Shown here: in pieces, positions 11,668 through 23,488 of the stretch
How the letters are laid out: the number at the start of each line of letters is the position of its first letter
How positions within the stretch are numbered: position 1 is the first letter of the stretch
DNA from: Malacoraja senta
Taxonomy: Eukaryota
Length of the DNA: 64,000 nt
NCBI GenBank assembly: GCA_038087875.1
Contig: CM075995.1
Coordinates: forward strand, 3,288,001 to 3,352,000
Direction: 5' to 3'
Translations under genes and position numbers: made by a program
The notes under the pieces: generated by a model
Databases searched by the model: none
The model's input: the letters and a program-made list of their open reading frames with translations, nothing else
Told to the model about the DNA's origin: nothing

Positions 11668-12754
11668 CTAAACTAAAAATTGTTATTTTGAATAATCTCC
11701 CTTCCCACCTGCCGGATGCTTTTGGATTCTCCCCTTCAAATTCTTCCCATATTTTTTATCCTTGCTGCCAAAGAATTACTTCACAAAAATTCACTGTAAA
11801 TTGGAATAGTATCAGGTGACAGTAAAGCGAAAATATCTTTATGATAACTGAATGTATTCTTGCTGAGATTCTCACTTTCAGTTTGTAAGGCACATTAATG
11901 TCATGGTTTGGAACAGTTGCTAAGTATTTTGGAAAGAAAGAGAGAGAGACATGCTTATCTAATGAATTGTCATTGCCTTGGGGCAGGCCAATGTGCTTCA
12001 GAGCCATTCAATTTGTTTTGAATTTTATTACGTGGGAAGTACAGTAGTCTACTTCCATACATCAAGCTCTCGCATTTGGGGGAGGGAGGTGGAGTATGGC
12101 ACCCATAATTGAAACAGAAAAAACATAGAAACATAGAAAATAGGTGCAGGAGTGGGCTATTCAGCCCTTCGAGGCAGCACCGCCATTCAAAATCATCATG
12201 GTTGATCATCCAAAATCAGTACCCCATTCCTCCTTTCTCCCCATATCCCTTGATTCCTTTATCCCTAAGAGCTATATCTAACTCTCTCTTTACATCTAGT
12301 GAATTGGCCTCCACTGCCTTCTGTGGCAGAGAATTCCACAGATTCACAACTCTCTGGGTGAACATTTTCTTTCACATAGGACGATTGGGATGATTGAGAT
12401 GAGTAGGTTAACATTTGATGAGCGTTTGGGCACTGGGCCTGTACTCGCTGGAGTTTAGAATGATGAGGGGGGGGACCTTATTGAAACTTACTGAATAGTG
12501 AAAGGACTGGATAGAGTGGACGTGTAGAGCGTGACCCCTGGTTCTGGACACTCACAACATGGGGACCATTTTTCTTTCATCCAGCCTGTCCAATCCCTTA
12601 AGAATGTTATATGTTTCTATAAGATATCCTCTCATCCTTCTAAACTCCAGTGAATACAAGCCCAGCCGATCCATTCTTTCATCGTATGTCAGTCCCGCCA
12701 TCCCGAAAATTATCCTGGTGAAGCTACGTTGCACTCCCGCAATAGCAAGAAATA

Positions 12755-13855
12755 GTGACCATCACCATTGCACCACTGCTCTTTGCAGCTGGTTCTTCGA
12801 CTTCCTGACCCACAGACCACAATCAGCGTGAGTAGAGGACAAATCATCCTCCAATGGTGACATTTCGGGTCTCTCCAGAGATGCTGCCTGTCCCGCTGAG
12901 TCACTCCAGCATTTTGTATCTATCTTCAGTTTACACCATCATCTGCAGTTCCTTCCGACACAAACCATCCTCCATGTTCATTCTCAATACAGGTGCCACA
13001 CAGGGATGCGTTCTCAGCCCCCTTCTTTACTCCTTATACGCTCACAACTGTGCAGCTAAATACCAATCCAGCTCAACTTGCAAGTTTGCAGATGACACCA
13101 CCGGATATTGAATTGAGACAAAGTACAGATTAGAGATTGAGAACCTTGTAAACCTTGTGTCAAGACAACAACCTCTCCCTCATTATCAGCAAGACAAAGC
13201 AGATAGTGATTGACAAAGCTTTGGCCAAAAAAGCACACCAACGCCTCTACTTCCTTCGAAGGCTTAGGAATTTCGGCATGTCTCCAACAACTCTCACCAA
13301 CTCCTACAGATGCGCCGTAAAGAGCATCTTAACGGGATGCATCACAGCATGGATTGGGAACAGCTTCATCCAAAACCGCAGGAAATTACAGCGAGTTGTG
13401 GATGTCGCCTAGACCATCACGCAAACCAGCCTCCCTTCCATCAACACCATCTACACTTTACGCTGCCTCGGCAAGGCCACCAGCATAATCAAGGACCAGT
13501 CTCGCCCAGGTCAGTCCCTTTTCTCGCCTCTCCCAATCAGGCAAGAGATACAGATGTTTGAAAGCACATTCCTCTAGATTCAGGAACAGTTTCTTCCCAG
13601 CTGTTATCAGGCAACTGAACGGTCCTCTCATCAGCTAGAGTGTGGTCCTGACACACCCATCTACCTTATTGGATACCTTTGAACTTTTTTAAAGCGGATT
13701 TGATCGGACTTTGATGTTATATCTTTTGCACTAAATGTTGTACCCATTATCTTTTATACCGTGGATGGCCTGATTGTATTCATGCATTGTCTTTTTTTGA
13801 CTGGAAAAAGACACAAACAAAAGCTTTTCACTGTACCTTGGTACATGTGACAAGT
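12755..13855 (+). mobile_element. Rex1/Babar-type LINE fragment (RT C-terminus plus 3' UTR), interrupted by a Penelope terminus
   Basis: LNTGATQGCVLSPLLYSLY...KFADDTT; KKAHQRLYFLRRLRNF...ILTGCITAW. Confidence 0.85.
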
Positions 13856-14439
13856 TAAATCGAGTAGATCTAGTTGGTGCATGATAAGTGCTCAGGCATA
13901 TTATTTTGCACTAGACAAAAGTGCTGGAGAAACTCAGCGAGTGAGGCAGAATCTATGGAGCGAAGGAATAGTCGGCATTTCAGGTCGAGACCCTTCTTCA
14001 GTTTATTTTGCACTTATTCCTTACACACAAGTTTGCCACAATCTCCATTATTTGTATGTGTGTATGTTTATCTATATTACTAAAAGTCTATCTTAACCAC
14101 TTCCAGTTTTTCCGTTTCATGATTTTAGAAAAAACGCTGCCACGTATGGCTGTGATTTTAGGCCATCTTACTCAGAGTCCCCCTCCGCTGTGCAGGACGA
14201 GAGGATTTTTCCCATCGATGAAAAATAAAAGATTTATTAACGTTAAAAAAATGTTGAGATTCTCTCTGCTGCCCCTGCTGGCGGGAGGAGGGAGGGACTA
14301 TAAAACAGGAAATTGTTGTGCCTCACTCAGTCTCTGCAAGATGGAGGAAGCGAGAGGGTCATGTCTCTCTGAGCTGTGAATAACACTGAACACATGTCTA
14401 CTCAACTGTGAGTGCCCTTAATGTGGTTTGAAAATGAAA

Positions 14440-14650
14440 ATGTGGTTGCTTTGAAATGCTGCACTGCAAATGGTTGTTGGTGGTGGTTGCTTTGAAATGC
14501 TGCACTGCAAATGGTTGTTGGTGGTGGTTGCTTTGAAATGATGCACTACAAATGGTTGTTGGTGGTGATTGCTTTGAAATGATGCACTGCAAATGGTTGT
14601 TGGTGGTGGTTGCTTTGAAATGCTGCACTAAAAATAGTTGTTGGTGGTTC
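14440..14650. repeat. 41-bp minisatellite, about 5 copies
   Basis: Unit TGGTTGCTTTGAAATGCTGCACTGCAAATGGTTGTTGGTGG. Confidence 0.9.
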
Positions 14651-15017
14651 TTGCTTTGGTCTAAACTTGACAACTTCCTGTTTGCAGTGTATATTGATTT
14701 TAGATAAAATGTTACCACTTATGGCTATGATTTTTGGCCATCTTACTCAGTCCCCCTCCGCTCATCAGGATCAGAGGATACTTCCCATCAATGAAAAATA
14801 AAAGTGTTATTAGTGTTTAAAAATATGTTGAGAATGGGGGGGAAGGATTATAAAACCCGGAAGTGTGGGTTTGGCTCAGTCTCTGCAAGATGGGGGAGGG
14901 AGAGGTCATGACTGTCTGAGCTGTGAATCAACTGAACACACTGAATGTCTACTGAACTGTGAGTGTGGTGTTTATGTGGTGTTATGGTTTTATGGTGGTT
15001 TTATGGTGGTATAACCC

Positions 15018-15510
15018 GACTTGAAATGGTATTTAACTGCATTTGAATGTGGTGGCCTTGCACCCTACATAAAATGGTATGAAACTGCATTTGAATTTGG
15101 TGGCCTTGCACCCTGCATGAAATGGTATGAAACTGCACTTTAATTTGGTGGCCTTGCATCCTGTTTGAAGTGGCAGGAAAGTGCACTTGAGTTTGGTGGC
15201 CATGCACCCTGCTTGAAGTGGTAGGAAACTGCACTTGAGTTTGATGCCTCTGCACCCTGCTTGAAATGGTAGGAAACTGCACTCGAATTTGGTGGCCTTG
15301 CACCCTGCTTGAAATGGTAGGAAACTGCACTCGAATTTGGTGGCTTTGCTCCCTGCTTGAAGTGGTAGGAAACTGCACTCGAATTTGGTGGCCTTGCACC
15401 CTGCTTGAAGTGGCAGGAAACTGCACTTGAATTTGATGGCCTTGCACCCTGCTTGGTGGAATGAAACTGTATTTGAATTTGGTCGCCTTGCACCCTGCTT
15501 GAAGTGGCTT
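15018..15510. repeat. 48-bp minisatellite, about 10 copies
   Basis: Unit GCACCCTGCTTGAAATGGTAGGAAACTGCACTCGAATTTGGTGGCCTT. It gives the 16-aa periodic ORFs in the track. Confidence 0.92.
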
Positions 15511-16974
15511 TTCAAGGAATAGCCGTGAGTCAACTGCCAGCCCACCAGCCGTGAGTGAGTTAGTTGCCAGCACAACAGGCTTGAGTGACTGAGCCGCCAG
15601 CCCAAGAATCCATTCGGCCCACAATGTCCATACTAGCCCTCTGGAAACCAGTCCCTTCAACCCACAACACCCATACTTGCCCTCCAGAAAGCCCCCCCCC
15701 CCCAACTGGCCACCAATATTGGAATTGGTGGAGAGGTGGAATATTGCATTGGGGGACCAGCCCTTCCGTAAGAAGCATGTGTGTATGTGTGTATATATGT
15801 GTATGAGTAAGTGCATATATACGCATTGAACTTTTTTTTCTTTCTCGTTATATTATTATTTACAGTGTACTATGTTTACATATTCTGTTATGCTGCAGCA
15901 AGTAAGAATTTCACTGTTCTATCTGGAACATATGACAATAACACACTCTTGACTCTTGACTCATATTCTGATGCAAGTGGATGGACTGCCAATGTCCTGC
16001 ATCTGCTTGTGTTTATAGGATTTAGTACCCTAATCCTAGTTCAGCACATCATCCTCTGTGGGTAGATAAATTCAGCTGCCTCTTCCTGCACCTATTTCCT
16101 ATGTTTCTATGGGTTAATGATTGGGGACGATCAGCCATGATCACAACGAATGATGGTGCTGGCTTGAAGGGCCGAATGGCCTCCTCCTGCACCTATTTTC
16201 TATGTTTCTATGTTTCTAAACCAAGATGCGATGTTATCCCATTTACACTTCACACTGCCTTGCCAAGGTCACCAGGATAATCAAGGACCAATTTTACCCC
16301 AGTCACTCCCTTCATAGAGGAGCAGAATTAGGCAATTTGGCTCATTGCATCCACCACCATTTAACCTTTTGCTCTCAATGCCATTCTCCTGCCTGCAAAC
16401 CTGCACGTCTTTGGAGTATGGGAGGAAACCGGTGCACCCAGAGAATGCCCACGCAGTCACAGGTAGAACATAGGAACTCCATAAAGATAGCACCCAAGGT
16501 TAGGATCACACCCGGGTCTCTGGCACTGTATCCAGCAACTCTACTGCTGTGTCACCGTGCCGCTCTTTGGGCACATTATTTGTTGACATAAGTTCATAAG
16601 TTCTAGGAGCAGAATTAGACTATTCGGCCCATCAAGTCGACTCTGCCATTCATTCATAGTTGATCTACCTTTCCCTCTCAACATTCTCCTGCCTTCTCCC
16701 CATAACCCCTGACACCCATACTGATCAAGTATCAGTCAATCTCCACCTCAAAAATATCCATTGACTTGGCCTCCACAAATTCCTCCTCATCTCCATTCTA
16801 ACGGTACCTCCTTTTATTCTGAGGCTCCGACCTCTGGTTCTAGACTCTTCCACTAGTGGAAACATCCTCTCCACATCCACTCTCTGCAGACCCTTCACCA
16901 TTCGGTAAGTTTTAATGTGCTCCCCCTCATATTTCTAAACTCTAGCGAGTACAGGCCCAGTGCCGTCAAACTTA

Positions 16975-17465
16975 AAAAAAAATTCAAAATAAACTTTATT
17001 CAAATAAAAAATATACAATACATCCGACATTTTCGGAGGCAATACAAACGTTCAATACTGTTTACACGCATTGCACAAATTACACAAATTTATCCCCCAC
17101 CCTTGCCACTCATGTGGCCCATTGCCGTGGAATCCCTTCCCTTATTTTTGAGGGGTGTCCCCACCACACCCTGCCCACCTTATGTCCAGCAGCGGAAGAA
17201 CCCTAGACTGTGGTCCTCCCCCACAGAGCCTTGGCATTGGCTGCACCTCAGCACGTACTCCTGCAGTCTGCAGCGGGCCAGTCGGCAACATTCCCCGACG
17301 GACATCTTGCTCCGCTGGGAGGTCAACAAAGCTCAGGCAGACCAAAGAGCGTCTTTCACCGAGTTATGACCTTCCAGCAGCACTCGATGTGAGTCTCTGA
17401 ATGCGTCCCTGGGAACAGTCCGTAAATCGCAGAGTCCTCTGTGATGAACCTGTTCTGAATAAATC
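16975..17465 (-). mobile_element. Tx1/L1-clade LINE 3' fragment
   Basis: Minus strand encodes a degenerate IECCWKVI.SVKDALWSA...CRLQEYVL...KALWGRTTV C-terminus, then an AT-rich 3' UTR with AATAAA. Confidence 0.7.
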
Positions 17466-17466
17466 G

Positions 17467-19520
17467 TCATAGCTTAGGGTCATCTGCTACGGTCCCATTC
17501 CAATCAACTTTAGCCAGCTCCTCCCTCATGGCTCTGTAGTCACCTTTGTTCAATAGTACCGACATATCCAATTTCATCTTCTCCATCTCAAATTGTAGAT
17601 TGAATTTTATCATATTATGGTCACTATCTCCTAGTGGTTCCTTTACCTTGAGTTCCCTTATCAAATCCAGTTCATTACACAATACCAAATCCAGAATTGC
17701 CTTTTCCCTGGTAGACTCTACTGTAAATATGCTCTTCACAAGCTTACCCCCTAGTCTAGTTCAGTCAAAAACCACTGAGTCAAGCACTGGAACAACTATT
17801 CTTTATTTTTAGATTGAACAGCAAATTCCCCTATACAATACCTAAACCACCATGGGTGCAATCCTTGTATCTGCCTGGCCAAGCCCTTCAGCCTCGTGCA
17901 AACAGAAACACTCCAAAAGGTCACGCAGTCCCAAGCGCACTTCCAGAAGGTCGACTTTGATCTAAGATGGAGACACCTTTTATAGGTCCACGAACCTTGA
18001 GAGGCCGAACTACATAGGGGTGGTCTCTTTATAATCCAATCAAGCATATTAATTACATCAGTACATTATTCACAGTTACCCAAACCAATTACAGAGTCTT
18101 CTAGGAGAAGCTTCTAGAAGGAAGCTAACTTAACTGAATAATGCAACATTTGCCCTGGAAATCAAGCAAACCTGCCAGGGCTTAACACTTTTAACCAATC
18201 AACAAACAGCAGGGTAACTGTCTCACAACATTATTTACACTATTTACAATTAGTTTGAGGTAATCCAATCACATCAATGCATTTAAGTTTGTTTGCTTTA
18301 ATACATTTTATCAATTAAGGGGAAATGAGGAGAACACCTGGATCTTTCATCCCTACATATCAATCTGATGCTCAGACTGGTTGGTGCCATCCACAACCTG
18401 TAAATTTCCACTGACAAAGGTTAAGCTATTCTGACAAATGCAGGAATCCTCCATTTTATGGTGTCTTTAATTTGGTCAGTATTAACACTACTACAAACTG
18501 CTCGATGAAACCATCTTGTAGGCACTCTACAAATTCCCTCTCTTGGGGTCCAGTACCGACCTGATTTTCCCAGTCTATCTGCATATTGTAATCCCCCATG
18601 ACCACCGTGACATTGCCTTTATTACATGCCAATTGTATTTCCTGATGTAACTTGTACCCTATATCCTGGCTACTGTTTGGGGTCCTGTAAATTACTCCCA
18701 TCGGGGTCTTTTTAGCCTTAATATTTCTCAACTCTACCCATAATGACTCCACATCTTCTGATCCTATGTCACCCCTCGCCAAGAACCGAATTTCATTCCT
18801 TACCAACAGAGCTAGCCCACCCTCTCTGCCAACCTGTCTGTCTTTTCGATAGGACATGAAACCTTGGATATTCAGCTCCCAGCTCTAATCCTCTCTCAGC
18901 CACATCTCCGTGATGCCCACAACACCATACCTACCAATTTCTAACTGCACTATAAGCTCACTCACTGTTTCATAAGACACAGTTAGACTGGTACATGGAT
19001 AGGTCCAGTTTGGAGGGATATGGACCAAACGCAGGCAGGTGGATGTACTGTAGCTGGGACATGTTGGCCAGTGTGGGCAAGTTGGGCCGAAGGGACTGTT
19101 TCCACACTTTATGACTATGACTTTCTTCCATATACTACATGCATTCACATAGAGCACCTTTGGTACAGTATTCATCACCTCTCTTCTCACATTGGTCCCG
19201 ATTTTACCTGACCTCACTCTCTTATCTTATCCCTCCTTAAATGTTCTGTCTAATTACTTCTGGAGACTTCAGTAACCTCTCCTGCACTCCCCTTCCCTTT
19301 AACTTCATCCACACATTTCCAATTTGTTGACCCCCACCCCCCCCCATCTCCCCCCACTATTTAGTTTCAAACCCTCTCTACAGCCCTGGCTATACGGTTT
19401 GCCAGGACCCTGGTCCCAGCTGGGTTCAAGTGGAGTCCGTTACATCCGAACAGCTCCATCCTTCCCCAAAACTGGTGCCAATGTCCCACAAATTCTTACC
19501 TACTTCTTCTCCATGTGGTC
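17467..19520 (-). mobile_element. Older CR1 fragment (ORF1 end and EN domain), interrupted by a solo LTR and by another CR1 tail
   Basis: EN motifs GITEMWL, GGLALL, IYRTPNS, GDYN and LDLVL...SDHN run in order across the insertions. Confidence 0.85.
17722..18487 (-). mobile_element. Solo LTR (766 bp), ERV-like or Gypsy-like
   Basis: TG...CA termini with 4-bp TSD CTAC (17718-17721 and 18488-18491). Removing it restores the CR1 sequence. Minus strand shows TATAAAA near 17980 and AATAAA near 17805. Confidence 0.88.
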
Positions 19521-21127
19521 ATAAGGTCATAAGGTCATAAGTGATACGAGCAGAATGCAGCCATTCAGCCCATTGTCTACTTCCCCATTCAATCATGGCT
19601 GATATATCTCTCCCTCTTAACCCCGTTCTCCTGCCTTCTCCCCAAAACCCCTGACATTCATACTAATCAAGACTATCTATCTCTGTCTTAAAAATATTCA
19701 CTGACTTGGCCTCCACAGCCTTCTGTGGCAAAGAACTCCACAGATTCACCACCCTCTGACTAAAGAAATTCCCCCTCATCTCCTTCCTGAAGGAACATCC
19801 TTTAATTCTGAGACCATGACCTCTAGTCCTATAGTAGTCTCTCCACATCCATTCTATCAAAGCCTCTCCACATCCATTCCATCAAAGCCTTCATGTGCCT
19901 ATCCAAAAGCCTCTTAAACGCCACTATCGTATCTGCCTCCACCACCACCCCTGGCAGTGTGTTCCAGGCACCCACCAGCCTTTGTATAAAAAAAGCCTTT
20001 ACCTGAAGAGTAGAATTAAGAATAAGGGGTAAGCCATTTGGAACGGAGACGAGGAAACACTTTTTCACACAAAGAGTTGTGAGTCTGTGGAATTCTCTGC
20101 CTCAGAGGGCGGTGGAGGCCGGTTCTCTGGATACTTTCAAGAGAGAGCTAGATAGGGCTCTTGAAGATAGCGGAGTCAGGGGATATGGGGAGAAGGCAGG
20201 GACGGGGTACTGATAGTGGATGATCAGCCATGATCACATGGAATGGCGGTGCTGGCTTGAAGGGCCGAATGGCCTACTCCTGCACCTATTGTCTATTGTC
20301 TATAAATTATAAAGCAACCACTGGCACTGGAGAAGGAGAGATGGGGGCGGGGGGGAGAGAGAGAAGGGAAGGAGAGAAAGGGAGGGAAAGAAAACATGGA
20401 TGTATATGCAATGTGATGAAGGCTGTGCTCTGTTTTAAAGCATTGATTTCTATTGGGATTTAAACAGGCCCACCTTTATATAACTTATCCACTGGCCTGC
20501 AAACTTTTGAACAATTGTAGGTATTTACAGATTTCACCAGAAAGTCAGATATCGTATTTTGTTATTAATGTAACACTCTCTAGACTTCCGCCCTGTTTCT
20601 TCTCTTAGTAATTGCAAATGAGACCAGGCAGTAAATATGGAACAGTAAAGTGTTCCTGGTTTCTTTCAACAAATTACATCTCTCGCTCTGTGTCTTAAAT
20701 GGCGTGAATTTAGCTGAACAAGCTGTGACCAGTTGTCCTGACCTGGTCGGTGAACTGGGAGTATGATGGTGTTGCTTTGAGTACAATCAGCTACCACAGT
20801 GCAAGCTAAACTCAAGCCTCAAGAGTCCTCTCAATCTGAGGAAGGGCCTCGACCCGAAACGTCACCTATTCCTTTTCTCCAGAGAGGCTGCGTGTCCCGC
20901 TGTGTTACTCCAGCATTTTGTGTCTATCGTAGTTCCTTCTGTCCGTTTAAACCCCTTTCCATGTCCCTAAAAATGACATTCTCTGTGAATCACTGCTAAT
21001 GGCCTGTAAAATTACATAAAGAATCTCCCTTAATATATTTCTGAGATATATTTTGTAGTGTGGCTTGAATAATGTGGCTGAAAATGAACATGATCATAAA
21101 AAAAATGATTATTTTAATAAGACTAAA

Positions 21128-21785
21128 CCACTACGCCCAAGATGAGGTGTTCCATACTAGAACATCCGAGATGCAATCATTCTTTTGGGATCGGGGGTTC
21201 CCCGCTCCCATCATAGATGAGGCCCTCACTCGTGTCTCCTCAGTACCCCGCAGTTTTGCCCTTGCTCCCCCTCCCCCTAGTCACAACAGAGACAGAGCCC
21301 CCCTAGTCCTTACCTTCCACCCCATCAGCCATCGCATACAACACATAATCCTCCGAAATTTCCACCACCTCCAACGGGATCCCAGCACTAGCCACGTTTT
21401 CCCATCTCCACCCCTTTCCGCCTTCCGCAGAGACCGTTCCCTCCGCAACTCCCTGGTTACAGCCCAGTGGGATGAATCTTGATTTCTCTAACTTCAGGTA
21501 GTCCTTGCATTCCTCTCTCTCTCTATCCCTCCCCCACCCAAGTCGCACCAGCTTCTCATTTTCACCCAACAAACAACTAACAATGGCCAGTTTCTTTTAT
21601 CATCGTTACTTTTTTGCGTATCTTTCATTTATTGTTCTTTATCTCTCCACATCACTGTCTATATCTCTCTTTTCCCTTATCCCTAACCACTCTGAAGAAG
21701 GGTCTCGACCCGAAATGTCATCCATTCCTTCTCTCCAGAGATGCTGCTTGTCCGGCTGAGTTACACCAGCTTTTTGTGTCTATCC
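21128..21785 (+). mobile_element. Penelope-like element fragment (internally deleted) with terminal repeat
   Basis: QDEVFHTRTSEM...RGFP...PLVLTFHP...AFRRDRSLRNSLV (RT/EN linker), followed by the terminal repeat with hammerhead core near 21692. Confidence 0.85.
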
Positions 21786-23488
21786 ACTACTTTGAATAGC
21801 TTAATTAAAAAATAAGTTTAAAATTACTTTATGGAACTACATGCAACGATTTTTTCAGTAAAGAAAATGAGCAGCCATAGAGTTCATAAGTTTGTTAGTC
21901 ATAGGAGCAGAAGTAGATCATTTAGCCAATTAAGTCTACACCATTCAATCATGGCTGATCTATCCTTCCCTCTCAACCCCATTCTCCTGCCTTCTCCCCA
22001 TAACCATTGACACCCTTTACTAGTCATATCTCTGACAATCTCTGCCTTAAATATACCCACTGACTTGGCCTCCACAGCCTTCTGTAGTTGCCTTGCAGCG
22101 TCTTACCCGGGCTTTAACATCAGGAGTCTCGATCGCCTCGACGCGGGAGAAGAATAAAGAACAGAGAAGAGATAAGACTTTTGCCTTCCATCACAGTGAG
22201 GAGGTGTTTGGAGATTCACTGTGATGGTTGTTTGTGTGAAACTGTACTAATTACGTGTTATGTTTATTTGATTGTTATGGCTGCAGGGAACGAAATTGCA
22301 TTCAAACCTCTGTCTGTTTGAATGACAATAAAGGCAATTTGTATTTGTATTGTATTTGTATTTGTATTGTTCAATTGTGACCACGGGTGCTGTCTGTACA
22401 TAAGAGTTTGTACGTTATCCCTGTGACCACGAGGGTTTCCTCCAGCTGCTCCGGTTTCATCACGCATGCCAAAGCTGTACAGGTTTGCTGGTTAATTGGC
22501 TTCTATGTATTGCCCCTGGTGTGAAGGATGCAAAACTGGAATAACATGGAACTAGTATATGAGTGATCTTTGGTCAACGCAGATTCAGTGAGCAGAAGGG
22601 CCTGTTACCATGCTGCATCTCTAAACTAAGCGAGCTAAACAAAACTCCTGCCTTCACCCCATAACTCCTGATACCCTGTGTTTAAGAGAGAACTGCAGAT
22701 GCTGATAAAATCGAACGAGGACACAAAATGTTGGAGTAACTCAGCGGGTGAGGCTGCCTCACCCGCTGAGTTACTCCAGTATTTTGTGTCTACTCCTGAT
22801 ACCCTTGCTAATCTAGAATATGTCAATCTCCACCTTACACATATCCATTGACTTGGCCTCCACTGCCGTCTGTGGCAATGAATTCCACAGATTCACCATC
22901 CTCTGACTAAAGAAATTCCCATCTTCTTTCTAAAGGTACATCCTCTTATTCTGAGGCTATGACTCTCCCACTAGTGGAAACACCCTCTCCACGTTCACTC
23001 TATCCAGTCCTTTCACTATTCGGTAAGTTTCAATAAGGTCTCCTCCCCCTCATCATTCTAAACTCCAGCGAGTACAGGCCCAGTGCCCAAACGCTCATTA
23101 AATGTTAACATGCTCATCCCAATCATCCCAATCATTCTATGTGAAAGAAAATCATCACCCAGAGAGTTGTGAATTTGTGGAATTCTCTGCCACAGAAGGC
23201 AGTGGAGGCCAATTCACTGGATGTTTTCAAGAGAGAGTTAGACATAGCTCTTAGGGCAAACGGAATCAAGGGATATGGGTACTGATTTCGGATGATTAGC
23301 CATGATCATATTGAATGGCGATGTTGGCTCAAAGGGCCAAATGGCCTACTCCTGCACCTATTTTCTTTTTTTCTATGTTCGTAAACTTGGAATGAAACGT
23401 GCTTAGTTAAAGGAGATATGCAGAGCAGGTTTTTACACATGACAGTGGTGAGGTAGATTAGATCGCAATGAGCAAAGCTCTCTCTGTA

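Larger units (their letters stand above)
14071..15770 (+). mobile_element. Probable non-autonomous Helitron, 3' end missing
   Basis: Starts A|TCTATATTACTAAAA (5'-TC after A, AT-rich), typical of Helitron 5' ends. Contains an internal duplication (about 14085-14420 vs 14665-14965) and two minisatellites. No CTRR 3' end seen. Confidence 0.55.

Noticed and set aside
15018..15510. CRISPR-like regular repeats and periodic ORFs (15001-15816, 15033-15605, 15140-15493)
   Set aside because: Head-to-tail 48-bp minisatellite with no unique spacers and no cas genes, in a vertebrate context. The ORFs stay open only because the unit is a multiple of 3.
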